A program made the translations under genes and the position numbers. A stretch of DNA of 55,051 bases from an uncultured virus (IMG/VR IMGVR_UViG_3300029258_001513) (taxonomy: Duplodnaviria; Heunggongvirae; Uroviricota; Caudoviricetes): IMG/VR virus record IMGVR_UViG_3300029258_001513; one strand, written 5' to 3'. Under the pieces are notes generated by a model. That model was given only the letters and a program-made list of their open reading frames with translations, was not told the DNA's origin and did not search any database. Positions 1-8,040 of this stretch are shown piece after piece (the first letter of the stretch is position 1; every line of letters starts with the position of its first letter).

Positions 1-1
1 C

Positions 2-787
2 GACCCGACGATGAACCGGGAAGGATTGCTTGCTGTTCTTGGAATTCTACCGATGCTGCTGCTTACGCACGGTGAGCTTTTTGACGAGGAGCTTGCTCGT
101 GTCGTGCTTCCGCATTTGGAGGGTATCCGGTTCAGCTTGGATGCTTATGATGACGAGTCGGCTGTCAGGTGGCGTGGTATTACGCCCGAGCGGTGGCAGA
201 AGACGCTAGGGAATATCAGGAGGGCGGTTGCCATCAAGAGGGAGCTTGGGTTGACGCTTCCTATTGGTACGGCGTATCTGACCGACCGGGAGCGGAATGC
301 CGGGATTCCGCATTTTGCGGACTTGTCGAAGGCATTGGGTGCTGACTACGCTCAGTATCGACCCATGCTCTGGTCAACGGCGAATCAGCAGCAGCCTGAT
401 TGGGACTATCCTGTTTTCGAGGAGTTGTACGGGAGGGCTGAATCTCACTACCCGGACATGGTTACGTGTTCCCGGCAGAAGTACGACCGTATGGCGAACG
501 GCACCACGGGAAGACCTTACGAAAGGTGTCATGCCGGGCGTTTCACATCCACTATCGGGGCGGACGGGAAGCTGTATTTCTGCTGTCACACGCGGTACAT
601 GCCGAGCTTCAGCTTCGGAGACCTCAAGACCGAAAAGCTGGCGGATATTCTCAGGACGGAACGCATCGAGAACATTCGGGACAGGATGACCATGGAGGTT
701 TGTCCGCTGCTCTGCCGGGGTGATTCCATCAATCGGGTCATCACGGACATGCAGGAGAAAAAGCCCAATCACCTTATGTTCCTCTGA
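2..787 (+). CDS. Radical SAM/SPASM-domain protein (5' part outside window)
   Basis: Frame open from position 2 (DPTM, GGEP-like); LLTHG and RFSLDA core motifs; C-terminal SPASM-like C-x-AGRF..IGADGKLYFCC..FGDL..CPLLC. Confidence 0.8.
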   Translation, partial: DPTMNREGLLAVLGILPMLLLTHGELFDEELARVVLPHLEGIRFSLDAYDDESAVRWRGITPERWQKTLGNIRRAVAIKRELGLTLPIGTAYLTDRERNAGIPHFADLSKALGADYAQYRPMLWSTANQQQPDWDYPVFEELYGRAESHYPDMVTCSRQKYDRMANGTTGRPYERCHAGRFTSTIGADGKLYFCCHTRYMPSFSFGDLKTEKLADILRTERIENIRDRMTMEVCPLLCRGDSINRVITDMQEKKPNHLMFL

Positions 788-792
788 TTTTC

Positions 793-820
793 TCAGAATT
801 GTGGGTTCCTCGTGCAATGA
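793..820 (+). promoter_or_regulatory. Phage promoter motif A (TCAGAAT-N13-TGCAATGA)
   Basis: One of 9 identically spaced copies; 6 nt upstream of ATG 827. Confidence 0.75.
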
Positions 821-826
821 GGGGGC

Positions 827-1615
827 ATGAGTACGACGATTTTAGCGAAATGCCGAAAGACCCTTGACACTCTGCATCGCTTGGATGAGATGGGTGGCTC
901 CGGCACGATGTTCGGTCGCGAGCACATCTTCGGCGAGCTTCTTTATGAGGCTCACGAGCGGGCTGGAGAGACGGATAAGGGGTGTTTCTGTTTCAAGAAG
1001 CTCGGATGGTACGGGAATATCGTTTCATGGGAGCCCACGATTGACGCGGTCAAGGAGTTCCTGACTCGGGGATTTACGGGTGCTGACATCGAGGAACTTA
1101 TCGGGTGGTATTCGGGTATCAATGCTTCACCTGACCAGTTGTTACTCTCTGTTTACCTGAAGCACATTCTCAAGCGTGATGATGTCCGGGGATTGGTTGC
1201 CGAATCTGACCGGAAGAAAGCCGAGACGGACGCTGCCGAGGCTGCCCGTCTTGCTGCGATTCCCCATACCGAACCTCCGGCTGATGCTCCGTTGTATCGG
1301 CACGAGGAGTGTCTTGAAGACTTTGCCGGGAACCACTCGCAGCCGGGTGTGTGGGCTGACGTGTATGTGGCTGATGATGGGAGCGAAGTGGTTACATTTG
1401 GTGGCTGCTGGGGGTACTTCATTGAAGGCGATGACGTGCTTGCACAGTTCATGGACGGCGAACGGGGATGTCCCGTGGAGGCTCGACGCTCCAAGGTCCG
1501 TGAGTTGAAGAAAATCGCCGATACGGATAACCCGTTCGGCGGGTTCTTGCGATTCTTGGAAGCCAATCACAAGAGTCTTCGTTTCGGAGAAGAGTTCCGA
1601 TGGGGTGACAGATGA
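827..1615 (+). CDS. Hypothetical protein
   Basis: 262-aa ORF directly behind motif A. Confidence 0.75.
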   Translation: MSTTILAKCRKTLDTLHRLDEMGGSGTMFGREHIFGELLYEAHERAGETDKGCFCFKKLGWYGNIVSWEPTIDAVKEFLTRGFTGADIEELIGWYSGINASPDQLLLSVYLKHILKRDDVRGLVAESDRKKAETDAAEAARLAAIPHTEPPADAPLYRHEECLEDFAGNHSQPGVWADVYVADDGSEVVTFGGCWGYFIEGDDVLAQFMDGERGCPVEARRSKVRELKKIADTDNPFGGFLRFLEANHKSLRFGEEFRWGDR

Positions 1616-1878
1616 TACGATGGCTCAACAAGGTGTTTGTTCGCGGGAACGATGAGTCCCGTGACTTCAATCGCTTTCGTGGTGGGAGCACGACGCGGCG
1701 ATTGTGTTTTAGGGGGTGTGATGTTTACGGATGGATTCGATATTCGGTTGGAGTGCCGGGCACACGTCAAGGAATCGCGGTCGTGGTTCTGGATTCCCGG
1801 CTGCTGTGATACGTGGCCGAAGTGCCCGGTGTGTAAGAAAGACTTGGTGAGGGTACGGGGCAGACCCCCGAAACGAAA

Positions 1879-1954
1879 GGGTGCGTAGGTCAATGGCAGA
1901 CCGAGGGGCTCTAACCCCCTGCGTTGCCGGTTCGAGTCCGGTCGCACCCCCCCA
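1879..1954 (+). tRNA. Amber suppressor tRNA, anticodon CUA
   Basis: GGGTGCG/CGCACCC acceptor, GGTC/GACC D arm, AGGGG-CTCTAAC-CCCCT anticodon arm, GCCGG-TTCGAGT-CCGGT T arm; one extra C before CCA. Confidence 0.9.
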
Positions 1955-2128
1955 ATGAAGACGATACGAAAGGCGAACCTGCTAAGTGCGTTGCACGAGG
2001 CAATCATGGCGGTCGAACGCCGTGACAAGCGGAAGCTCGGGCCGGATTTCGAGTCTGGACTTGTGGGAGGCTGGAAGGAAATCCGGGACGCCCTCAAGCG
2101 CGGCGAAGAAGTCCGAATCGGCGACTAG
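1955..2128 (+). CDS. Small hypothetical protein (57 aa)
   Basis: MKTIRKANLLSALHEAIMAVERRD...GD*, read manually; below the ORF-track cutoff. Confidence 0.5.
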   Translation: MKTIRKANLLSALHEAIMAVERRDKRKLGPDFESGLVGGWKEIRDALKRGEEVRIGD

Positions 2129-2172
2129 GTTGGCGACTAGGTTGGCGTCAATGACCTTGGGAGGGCTTTGAA

Positions 2173-2463
2173 ATGAAGTGCCTTCGGTGTGGATATTGTT
2201 GTCAGAACCTCTTTGTGGTCATAGCGATAGACCCTGACAGGGGGCTTGAAGAAGACAACCTCAAAGCCATTGGTACGAGGGGTTCCGAGCGGTGTCCTCA
2301 CCTTGTTGGGGACACCCCCGGAGAGTTTTCTTGTGCTGTTCATGACCGTCCTTGGTATCCCGAAACGCCGTGTGCTTCTCACTCGCAGATTGAGCATGGT
2401 GACACTCCTTGTCGCATGGGCGAGTACATCATCGCCGAGTGGCGAAGAACCGGTAGCGTGTAG
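2173..2463 (+). CDS. YkgJ-like cysteine-cluster (Fe-S/Zn) protein
   Basis: CxxCGxCC...CPHL...CAVH..P..C pattern. Confidence 0.7.
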   Translation: MKCLRCGYCCQNLFVVIAIDPDRGLEEDNLKAIGTRGSERCPHLVGDTPGEFSCAVHDRPWYPETPCASHSQIEHGDTPCRMGEYIIAEWRRTGSV

Positions 2464-2530
2464 CACCCGCTACCTTTTCCGCCAGCTTTACTAACGCCAG
2501 TCTCACATTCCCGAGACGCCGTCTACCGTA

Positions 2531-2546
2531 ATAATTCTTTGATATT
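2531..2546 (+). promoter_or_regulatory. Phage promoter motif B (ATAATTCTTTGATATT)
   Basis: TTTGATAYT core repeated 7 times ahead of transcription units. Confidence 0.6.
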
Positions 2547-2693
2547 GCGACTAAGGTATAGTGGCGGATGCCGTACTGGAGGTTGGCGATTTCCGCCGTC
2601 CGCGTGCGTTGCGTGGAGGTCGTATGTTATAGAACGGGGACGACATCACGCTTGTAGCCGTCATGCCATCCCTGTAACGAATAGGAGATACAA

Positions 2694-3209
2694 ATGAAAC
2701 AAAGTCTCACGGGGTGGTTGAGGGAGAATGCAGACGGGCTGAAGGACAGGGAGGCAGTGGTGGCGGAAGCTGCCAAGGTGTTTCCCGAAAAGGGTCGCGA
2801 TTCCGTTATCCGGCGAATGACTGAGTTGGTCAACGCGGGTGAAATCAAGCCGAAGCCTCCCACTGAAAAACCCAAGAAGTCTGTTGCGGAGCGTCCGCGA
2901 AGTGGAGCACCAATCAAAAAGGTGCCCCGGAGGTTCAGGATGGCGGTGGATGTGACGAAGGTACAGGGTGAATACGACGACGAAGCCAAGATTGATGAAG
3001 GTATTGACAATCTTGGCACAAGCATCATCAAGGACAATGATTTCCGGGTGGAACTGGGCATCGCTATGGATAGGTGGAAGCTCGTTTCCAGTCTGGAGAA
3101 ATACAGCAGGAACAAGATTGACTTACGTGGCAAGCAGTTCAAGGGGACGTACTGGGGGCAGGAAGAAGTGCTTGTGAGTCTTCGTAAAAAGATAGACATG
3201 ACGGACTAA
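2694..3209 (+). CDS. Hypothetical protein
   Basis: 171-aa ORF with AGGAGA RBS. Confidence 0.75.
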   Translation: MKQSLTGWLRENADGLKDREAVVAEAAKVFPEKGRDSVIRRMTELVNAGEIKPKPPTEKPKKSVAERPRSGAPIKKVPRRFRMAVDVTKVQGEYDDEAKIDEGIDNLGTSIIKDNDFRVELGIAMDRWKLVSSLEKYSRNKIDLRGKQFKGTYWGQEEVLVSLRKKIDMTD

Positions 3210-3222
3210 AGCGAGGTGTATC

Positions 3223-4383
3223 ATGGCGAAGAATGGAAAGCCTGTTTCTCCTGACAAGGTGATTGACGCACAGGATGTGGTAGATGATGTCAACCCGTCT
3301 CCCGCGTTGACGAAGTTACGCAAGGACAACGCGAAGCTCCGAACCCGTGTTGACGAACTGAAGCTGGCTCTTGGCGAGGACGAGGAGTATTTCGATGTCA
3401 TTCGCAAGAGTATAGACGCAATCGAGCCGCTCCCCCTGATTCCGTATGAGCCGCCGGAGGACAAGAAGACCATCGGTTCCGCACTTTCGGCGGTGTTGGT
3501 TTTGAGTGACTGGCACATAGGGGAGTACGTGGAGCCCGACGAGATTGAGGATTTCAACACGTTCAACTGGCTTATTGCACAGAGGCGTGTTCACTACCTC
3601 TGCGAGAAGTTGATTGCGTGGGCGAATATCCAGCGTATCGCCGCGAAGATTGAGGAACTGGTTATCATCGTGGCGGGCGACCTTATCTCGGGTGACATCC
3701 ATCAGGAGCTTCAGGTTACGAACGAATGGCCGGTCCCGGTACAGAATGTCAAGGCAGCGTACTTGCTGTCTAAGGCGGTATCTCAACTCGCTCCTCATTT
3801 CAAGAAGGTCCGGGTGGAGTTCGTGACGGCAGACAATCATGCCCGTCGGACAAAGAAGCCGCAGTACAAGCAGACCGGTTTCAACTCCGAGGGATACGTC
3901 ATTGCGTTTCTGGCAAAAGAGCGTCTGCGTGCTCACAAGAACGTCGAGTTCAACGTCCACTCGAAAATCAAAACCAACGTGCCCATTTGCGGGTTCCCGT
4001 ATCTGTGCCAGCACGGTAATACGATTCGTGGTTGGGCGGGGTATCCGTGGTACGGCGTGGACCGTCAGGTTTCCCGCGAGGCAAAGGCTCGCCGGATGAT
4101 GCCGACGAAGACGTTCTACAAGTGCATCATCGGGCACTTCCATACGCCCCTCAAGACGATGGATTACATCGTGAACGGCAGCCTGACGGGAACGACCGAG
4201 CTTGACCACGGGCAGGGCAGGCACGCTCCGCCGTGTCAGGTCGCGTTCTTGGTCCACCCGAAGTATGGCGATTTCAACTTCAACGAGTTCTACCTGCACT
4301 TCGGGGATGAGATTGATTTCGGAGGAGCGGAACTCGTTCACGACCCGGAGGACGAAGATGCCATCACCGAAGCAATACATTGA
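3223..4383 (+). CDS. Calcineurin-like metallophosphoesterase / nuclease
   Basis: SDWHIG, GDLISG, DNH, QHG, GHFH motifs. Confidence 0.8.
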   Translation: MAKNGKPVSPDKVIDAQDVVDDVNPSPALTKLRKDNAKLRTRVDELKLALGEDEEYFDVIRKSIDAIEPLPLIPYEPPEDKKTIGSALSAVLVLSDWHIGEYVEPDEIEDFNTFNWLIAQRRVHYLCEKLIAWANIQRIAAKIEELVIIVAGDLISGDIHQELQVTNEWPVPVQNVKAAYLLSKAVSQLAPHFKKVRVEFVTADNHARRTKKPQYKQTGFNSEGYVIAFLAKERLRAHKNVEFNVHSKIKTNVPICGFPYLCQHGNTIRGWAGYPWYGVDRQVSREAKARRMMPTKTFYKCIIGHFHTPLKTMDYIVNGSLTGTTELDHGQGRHAPPCQVAFLVHPKYGDFNFNEFYLHFGDEIDFGGAELVHDPEDEDAITEAIH

Positions 4384-5014
4384 CCTTCAGATGCCGAGCA
4401 TTATGGGTATGGGGGCGGTGGGTCCGACACTCGCCGTGCTTACCGCAACACTGTATTCCGCTCTGTGTTCGATGATGGAGGTTCCCCCTCATTGGGCCTA
4501 TGCAGCCATCATGCTTGTCCTGAGCGGGCTTTTGGCGACCTTCCCGACGGCGAAGATGACGTATCCCCTGTGGCAGAAGGTCGCACTGTGGCCGATTGCC
4601 ACGGCTATCGTTTTCTCGATGGCATGGGGTACGAATAATGGGATGTCGGTCGGAGAAGATGCGTTGAATGGTGACAGTCCGGTAGTGGAGGAAGTCTCTT
4701 CGTGGTCATTTTCCCTTGTGCCGTCTGCGTATGCGGGAAATGGCGATACGAAGTTGACGTTGCCCGAGAAGCCCATCTTGAACAAGGTGGATTTCTCCCA
4801 TGTGATGTTCGACTCGAAGAAGGCTGTCTCACAGGAGCCCTTCAAGAAGATACCCAAGGACACGTGGGGGTTGAGTTGGAAGGGCGTCTTGACTGTCTAT
4901 CTCAAGGACGACAAGGGGGTATGGTGGCAATACCAGTTGCGTCCGCCGGAGCCCAAGCCCGAGCCGATTCAGTCTCAACGCCCTCTCAAGGGCGGCTTCT
5001 TCAAGCGATACTAG
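4358..5014 (+). CDS. Hypothetical membrane protein
   Basis: Probable start MPSPKQ; three hydrophobic segments in N-terminal half. Confidence 0.6.
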   Translation: MPSPKQYIDLQMPSIMGMGAVGPTLAVLTATLYSALCSMMEVPPHWAYAAIMLVLSGLLATFPTAKMTYPLWQKVALWPIATAIVFSMAWGTNNGMSVGEDALNGDSPVVEEVSSWSFSLVPSAYAGNGDTKLTLPEKPILNKVDFSHVMFDSKKAVSQEPFKKIPKDTWGLSWKGVLTVYLKDDKGVWWQYQLRPPEPKPEPIQSQRPLKGGFFKRY

Positions 5015-5082
5015 GTTTCTGAAGAAAAGACGTGCGTCTGGTGGTCTCCCGTGTGTATAGTAGGGATGCTTGTGAGAAAGAT

Positions 5083-5110
5083 TCAGAATCTTGTGTTCCT
5101 CTTGCAATGA
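5083..5110 (+). promoter_or_regulatory. Phage promoter motif A
   Basis: TCAGAAT-N13-TGCAATGA. Confidence 0.75.
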
Positions 5111-5116
5111 GGGTAC

Positions 5117-5229
5117 AGGAGAAAATGATGTACTAGGGATTTACATAGCTGGCACGTGGTCCTCCGAGGGGACCGTTACACTGATTGGTGTCACACTGAT
5201 TAGCATAACGGTCATCAACCAAAGGAGGA
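5117..5229 (+). promoter_or_regulatory. Putative amber-sensing leader ORF / translational attenuator
   Basis: AGGAG RBS, ATG 5125, in-frame TAG at 5134 and 5146, TGA 5182; TCCTCC (5160-5165) complementary to downstream SD GGAGGA (5224-5229). Confidence 0.45.
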
Positions 5230-5233
5230 AATC

Positions 5234-5578
5234 ATGACCACGGCTACTATCGAACTGACCAAGACGCAGGTCGCACATCGCGAAGCCTGTGCATATCTCA
5301 AGGGCATTCTGTGCGGTTACGCTGACCGCAAGGGTCGTCCCTATCACTCCAAGCGGGAACCGTTCGAGTGGAGCCCGGCTTTTACGGCTGGCTTCAATGA
5401 GGGCAGGGACTCGTGGGCGAGTGCGGACGCCATTACCGGCACCCATATCATCCACAACAGGTTGCGTAACCGTCCCCCGCACGCGGGCGGTCACGGCTAC
5501 ACGGCTTGGGCTCGTGGCAACCTGAACATGTATCTCGGTGATTTGGCCGGGGAGTTGGAGGGCTTTCTCGATGAATAA
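5234..5578 (+). CDS. Hypothetical protein
   Basis: 114-aa ORF with GGAGGA RBS. Confidence 0.7.
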   Translation: MTTATIELTKTQVAHREACAYLKGILCGYADRKGRPYHSKREPFEWSPAFTAGFNEGRDSWASADAITGTHIIHNRLRNRPPHAGGHGYTAWARGNLNMYLGDLAGELEGFLDE

Positions 5579-5906
5579 GGCACTCTACATTCTCATCCGT
5601 CCCGAGTTGACGAAGAGCCAGAGGATTCCGCAGGCGTGTCATGCGATGGCGGAGTTCATGGGTGAATACGGTTAGGACGCCGATATTCAGGACTGGCTTA
5701 GGAATCACCGGACGATAATCTGCCTTCAGGCGACCGAGGAGCAGATGGGTGACATCGGTGACGCCCTGTGGAAACGGGGCGAAAACCGCTCGGCGGCGTT
5801 CATCGACAGCGACTTTCCCGAGGACTTTGGCTGGACGGCGATTGCCTTCCCGCCGATGGATAAGGAGGAGGGTCGCAAACTGTTCGGGCACCTTCGGCTT
5901 GCCTGA
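5571..5906 (+). CDS. Pth2-like peptidyl-tRNA hydrolase interrupted by in-frame TAG (5673-5675)
   Basis: LYILIRPEL..QACHAMAEF..*..W...IICL...F.D.D...GWTAIAFPP...LFGHLRL resembles the PTH2 family across the TAG; missed by the ORF track. Confidence 0.75.
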
Positions 5907-5954
5907 CAACGTGTGCCCGGCCTGCCTTCGGGTGGGTCGGGCATTCATTTTCAT

Positions 5955-6179
5955 GGTCACGGGATGCGTCGGGGCTCATACCCCCGTTCCACCGGCTTGA
6001 TACTTCGACGGAGTAGCTGAAGACGCCTCGTGAATCCCGTTATGGCGAAACGGGATGAGGCGGGATAGGTGAAAAGAGACGAGAGGAAGGCAGGGGTGAG
6101 CATCGTTTCCGAGTCTGTTTTCGCTTCGCCAAGCGTATTCAGACGGAGTTATCAGGTTCGAGTCCTGCCGTGACTACCA
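5955..6179 (+). ncRNA. tRNA-fMet-like RNA lacking a D arm, with ~165-nt insert
   Basis: GGTCACG/CGTGACT-ACCA ends, CGGGG-CTCATAC-CCCCG arm, CAGG-TTCGAGT-CCTG T arm. Confidence 0.6.
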
Positions 6180-6186
6180 CTTTCTT

Positions 6187-6214
6187 TCAGAATCCCGGAC
6201 GGCTCGTGCAATGA
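6187..6214 (+). promoter_or_regulatory. Phage promoter motif A
   Basis: TCAGAAT-N13-TGCAATGA before ATG 6221. Confidence 0.75.
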
Positions 6215-6220
6215 GGAAGC

Positions 6221-6559
6221 ATGAAAGAACTTGATGCGATACGTCAGTCGGAGGACATGAAGCGGCTTGTCTCCCTGACTTCCGAGGTGGAAGCTCTGAA
6301 GTGGAAGGTGACGGCTCAGGTTGAGGATGCTTGTGCGGTTTACGGGAAGCCGGGGGAGTTGCTGACGGATTGGGAGAAACGGCTGGATGCCGTGGAGCGG
6401 CTCGTTGAGCATGAGGACGTACAGGCTGTCTGGGATGACGGTAAGACGCAGACGGCGACGAACCCCTTGGGGTTCCTTCAGTTTGAGGTTCGGAGGGTAC
6501 GGAGGGCCATTGAGCAGCATCGGGAGATGGGGCTCAGTCGGTGTCCTCGAAAAAGTTGA
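6221..6559 (+). CDS. Hypothetical protein
   Basis: 112-aa ORF behind motif A. Confidence 0.7.
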   Translation: MKELDAIRQSEDMKRLVSLTSEVEALKWKVTAQVEDACAVYGKPGELLTDWEKRLDAVERLVEHEDVQAVWDDGKTQTATNPLGFLQFEVRRVRRAIEQHREMGLSRCPRKS

Positions 6560-6568
6560 AAAAAGTTG

Positions 6569-6597
6569 TTGCGTGCCCCAAGGCTGGGGAGTATAGT
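6569..6597 (+). promoter_or_regulatory. Sigma70-type promoter of the tRNA operon
   Basis: TTGCGT-N17-TATAGT with upstream A tracts. Confidence 0.7.
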
Positions 6598-6670
6598 GCG
6601 GTTGTGATTGGGGAGGAATCCCCCGCACGGTGGCTTTAGGAGTCACTGTGCCGACAGGAGAAAAGGAACA

Positions 6671-6748
6671 ATGAAGGCGTTATTGTCGAGTTCATTCTTT
6701 AGCCTGTGTGGCTATTCCAATAGCCTCACCGGAAGGGGTGTGCTCTGA
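6671..6748 (+). CDS. Attenuator leader peptide MKALLSSSFFSLCGYSNSLTGRGVL
   Basis: AGGA RBS; last codons contain the antiterminator strand GGAAGGGGTGT. Confidence 0.8.
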   Translation: MKALLSSSFFSLCGYSNSLTGRGVL

Positions 6749-6776
6749 CCTGACACCGTAGAACAGAGCGATTGAC

Positions 6777-6816
6777 ACCCCTTCCTCGGCGAAAGCCGGA
6801 GAAGGGGTTTTTGTTT
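6777..6816 (+). terminator. Intrinsic terminator of the tRNA-operon attenuator
   Basis: ACCCCTTC-CTCGGC-GAAA-GCCGGA-GAAGGGGT hairpin followed by TTTTGTTT, immediately before the first tRNA. Confidence 0.85.
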
Positions 6817-6893
6817 GGACTGATAGCTCAGATTACATGGTAGAGCGGCGGGTGAAATTCCGCAGGTCGTGAGTTCGATTCTCACTTAGTCCA
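6817..6893 (+). tRNA. tRNA-Phe(GAA)-like with atypical anticodon loop
   Basis: Full cloverleaf, but anticodon arm GCGGG-TGAAAT-TCCGC is 1 nt short; enlarged D loop. Confidence 0.6.
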
Positions 6894-6970
6894 CAAGCTG
6901 GTAACAGCATTGTTCATTGACAATTGAATGAGATTGCGGGGCAGACCACGCCAAAGGTCTGTCCCGATAC

Positions 6971-7046
6971 GGAGTGTGTGCAGGTCTGGTGATTGCGCTG
7001 GTCTGAAAAACCAGAGAATCCGGTTCGATTCCGGGACACTCCACCA
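6971..7046 (+). tRNA. tRNA-Phe(GAA)
   Basis: CTGGT-CTGAAAA-ACCAG; encoded CCA. Confidence 0.9.
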
Positions 7047-7179
7047 TCGTCGAAGCACGCTTCAGCAGAGCGATACATCACTGGTTCGATTCCAGTATTC
7101 CCCGCCAGAGGGTATAATCTGGGGAATACGCCCACTGTTGGTTGGGCATACCGTTCAGCGGCTATCGGTGCGGAGACGA
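7047..7179 (+). ncRNA. Y RNA (YrlA)-like permuted tRNA mimic, copy 1
   Basis: GTCGAA..CGCTTCAGCA..GATAC 5' strand, GCGGCTATCGGTGCGGAGACGA 3' strand; inside: T arm, acceptor 3' strand+GCCA, loop, acceptor 5' strand, D arm. Confidence 0.7.
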
Positions 7180-7183
7180 ATTT

Positions 7184-7268
7184 GGATGAGTGGCGGAATT
7201 GGCATACGCGCAAGACTCAGAATCTTGTGTCTTCGGGCATACGAGTTCAAATCTCGTCTCATCCACCA
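7184..7268 (+). tRNA. tRNA-Leu(CAG)
   Basis: CAAGA-CTCAGAA-TCTTG, long variable arm, CCA. Confidence 0.92.
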
Positions 7269-7494
7269 GCAAGGGAAAAGAAAGGTCAGCGAATCTATTG
7301 GCTCGTGCAGTCACGTGAGCGGGTACGAGGGAGACCGATATCGGGATGAAATAAGACCTCCCTTGCACGAATTTGATGTTCAGGAGGGAACGCCAGAACA
7401 GAAAGCTGGGGCAATGTCCGTGCGAGTTGTCCCGTACAAAGCCGAGAAGGCAGCTACGGCAGAGGGGTAAAAGTCCTCCATTCGCACGGTCTAC

Positions 7495-7580
7495 GGGCGA
7501 GTGGCGTAATCAGGCAGCCGCGACAGGCTTAGAACCTGTTGACTTCGGTCGTGCGAGTTCGACTCTCGCCTCGCCCACCA
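7495..7580 (+). tRNA. tRNA-Leu(TAG)
   Basis: ACAGG-CTTAGAA-CCTGT, long variable arm, CCA. Confidence 0.92.
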
Positions 7581-7590
7581 GAGGTGTATA

Positions 7591-7758
7591 ATGAAAAATA
7601 TGAAGACGATGAAGTGTTGTGTTTGTGACAAGGACGTGAGGCTGGACGGGGAGCCCCCCCCGAAATGGTTCGGGAAGTATAACGTGGACAAGTTAATTCG
7701 TGTTATATGTCGTGAATGTGTTATGCTTCCTGAGAACAAGGATTGGTGGAAAGACTGA
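7591..7758 (+). CDS. Small Zn-finger-like protein (55 aa)
   Basis: GAGGT RBS; CCVC...CREC. Confidence 0.55.
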   Translation: MKNMKTMKCCVCDKDVRLDGEPPPKWFGKYNVDKLIRVICRECVMLPENKDWWKD

Positions 7759-7760
7759 AT

Positions 7761-7845
7761 GCCGATGTGATGGAACTGGCAGACATGCGACTCTCAAAAA
7801 GTCGTGCCTTCGGGCGTGTGAGTTCGATTCTCACCATCGGCACCA
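7761..7845 (+). tRNA. tRNA-Leu(CAA)
   Basis: CGACT-CTCAAAA-AGTCG, CCA. Confidence 0.92.
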
Positions 7846-7949
7846 TTTTGACGGGACAACCGTAGAAGCAAACTGAGTCATTCCTTTAGCGGGGAACAAG
7901 ACAGGGGAAGCGAAGGTTGTAACAGAGGGTAGCCCTTCTCCCGTCTTAT

Positions 7950-8040
<91 letters not shown>

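Noticed and set aside
1879..1954. tRNA-Pyl
   Set aside because: It has a canonical GG D loop, TTCGA T loop, 5-bp anticodon stem and 5-nt variable loop, unlike pylT; no pyl genes seen.
7217..7223. TCAGAAT as promoter motif A
   Set aside because: It is the Leu(CAG) anticodon loop and lacks the TGCAATGA half.
6928..7470. 180-aa ORF and similar ORFs spanning tRNAs
   Set aside because: They overlap well-formed RNA genes and have no protein-like features.
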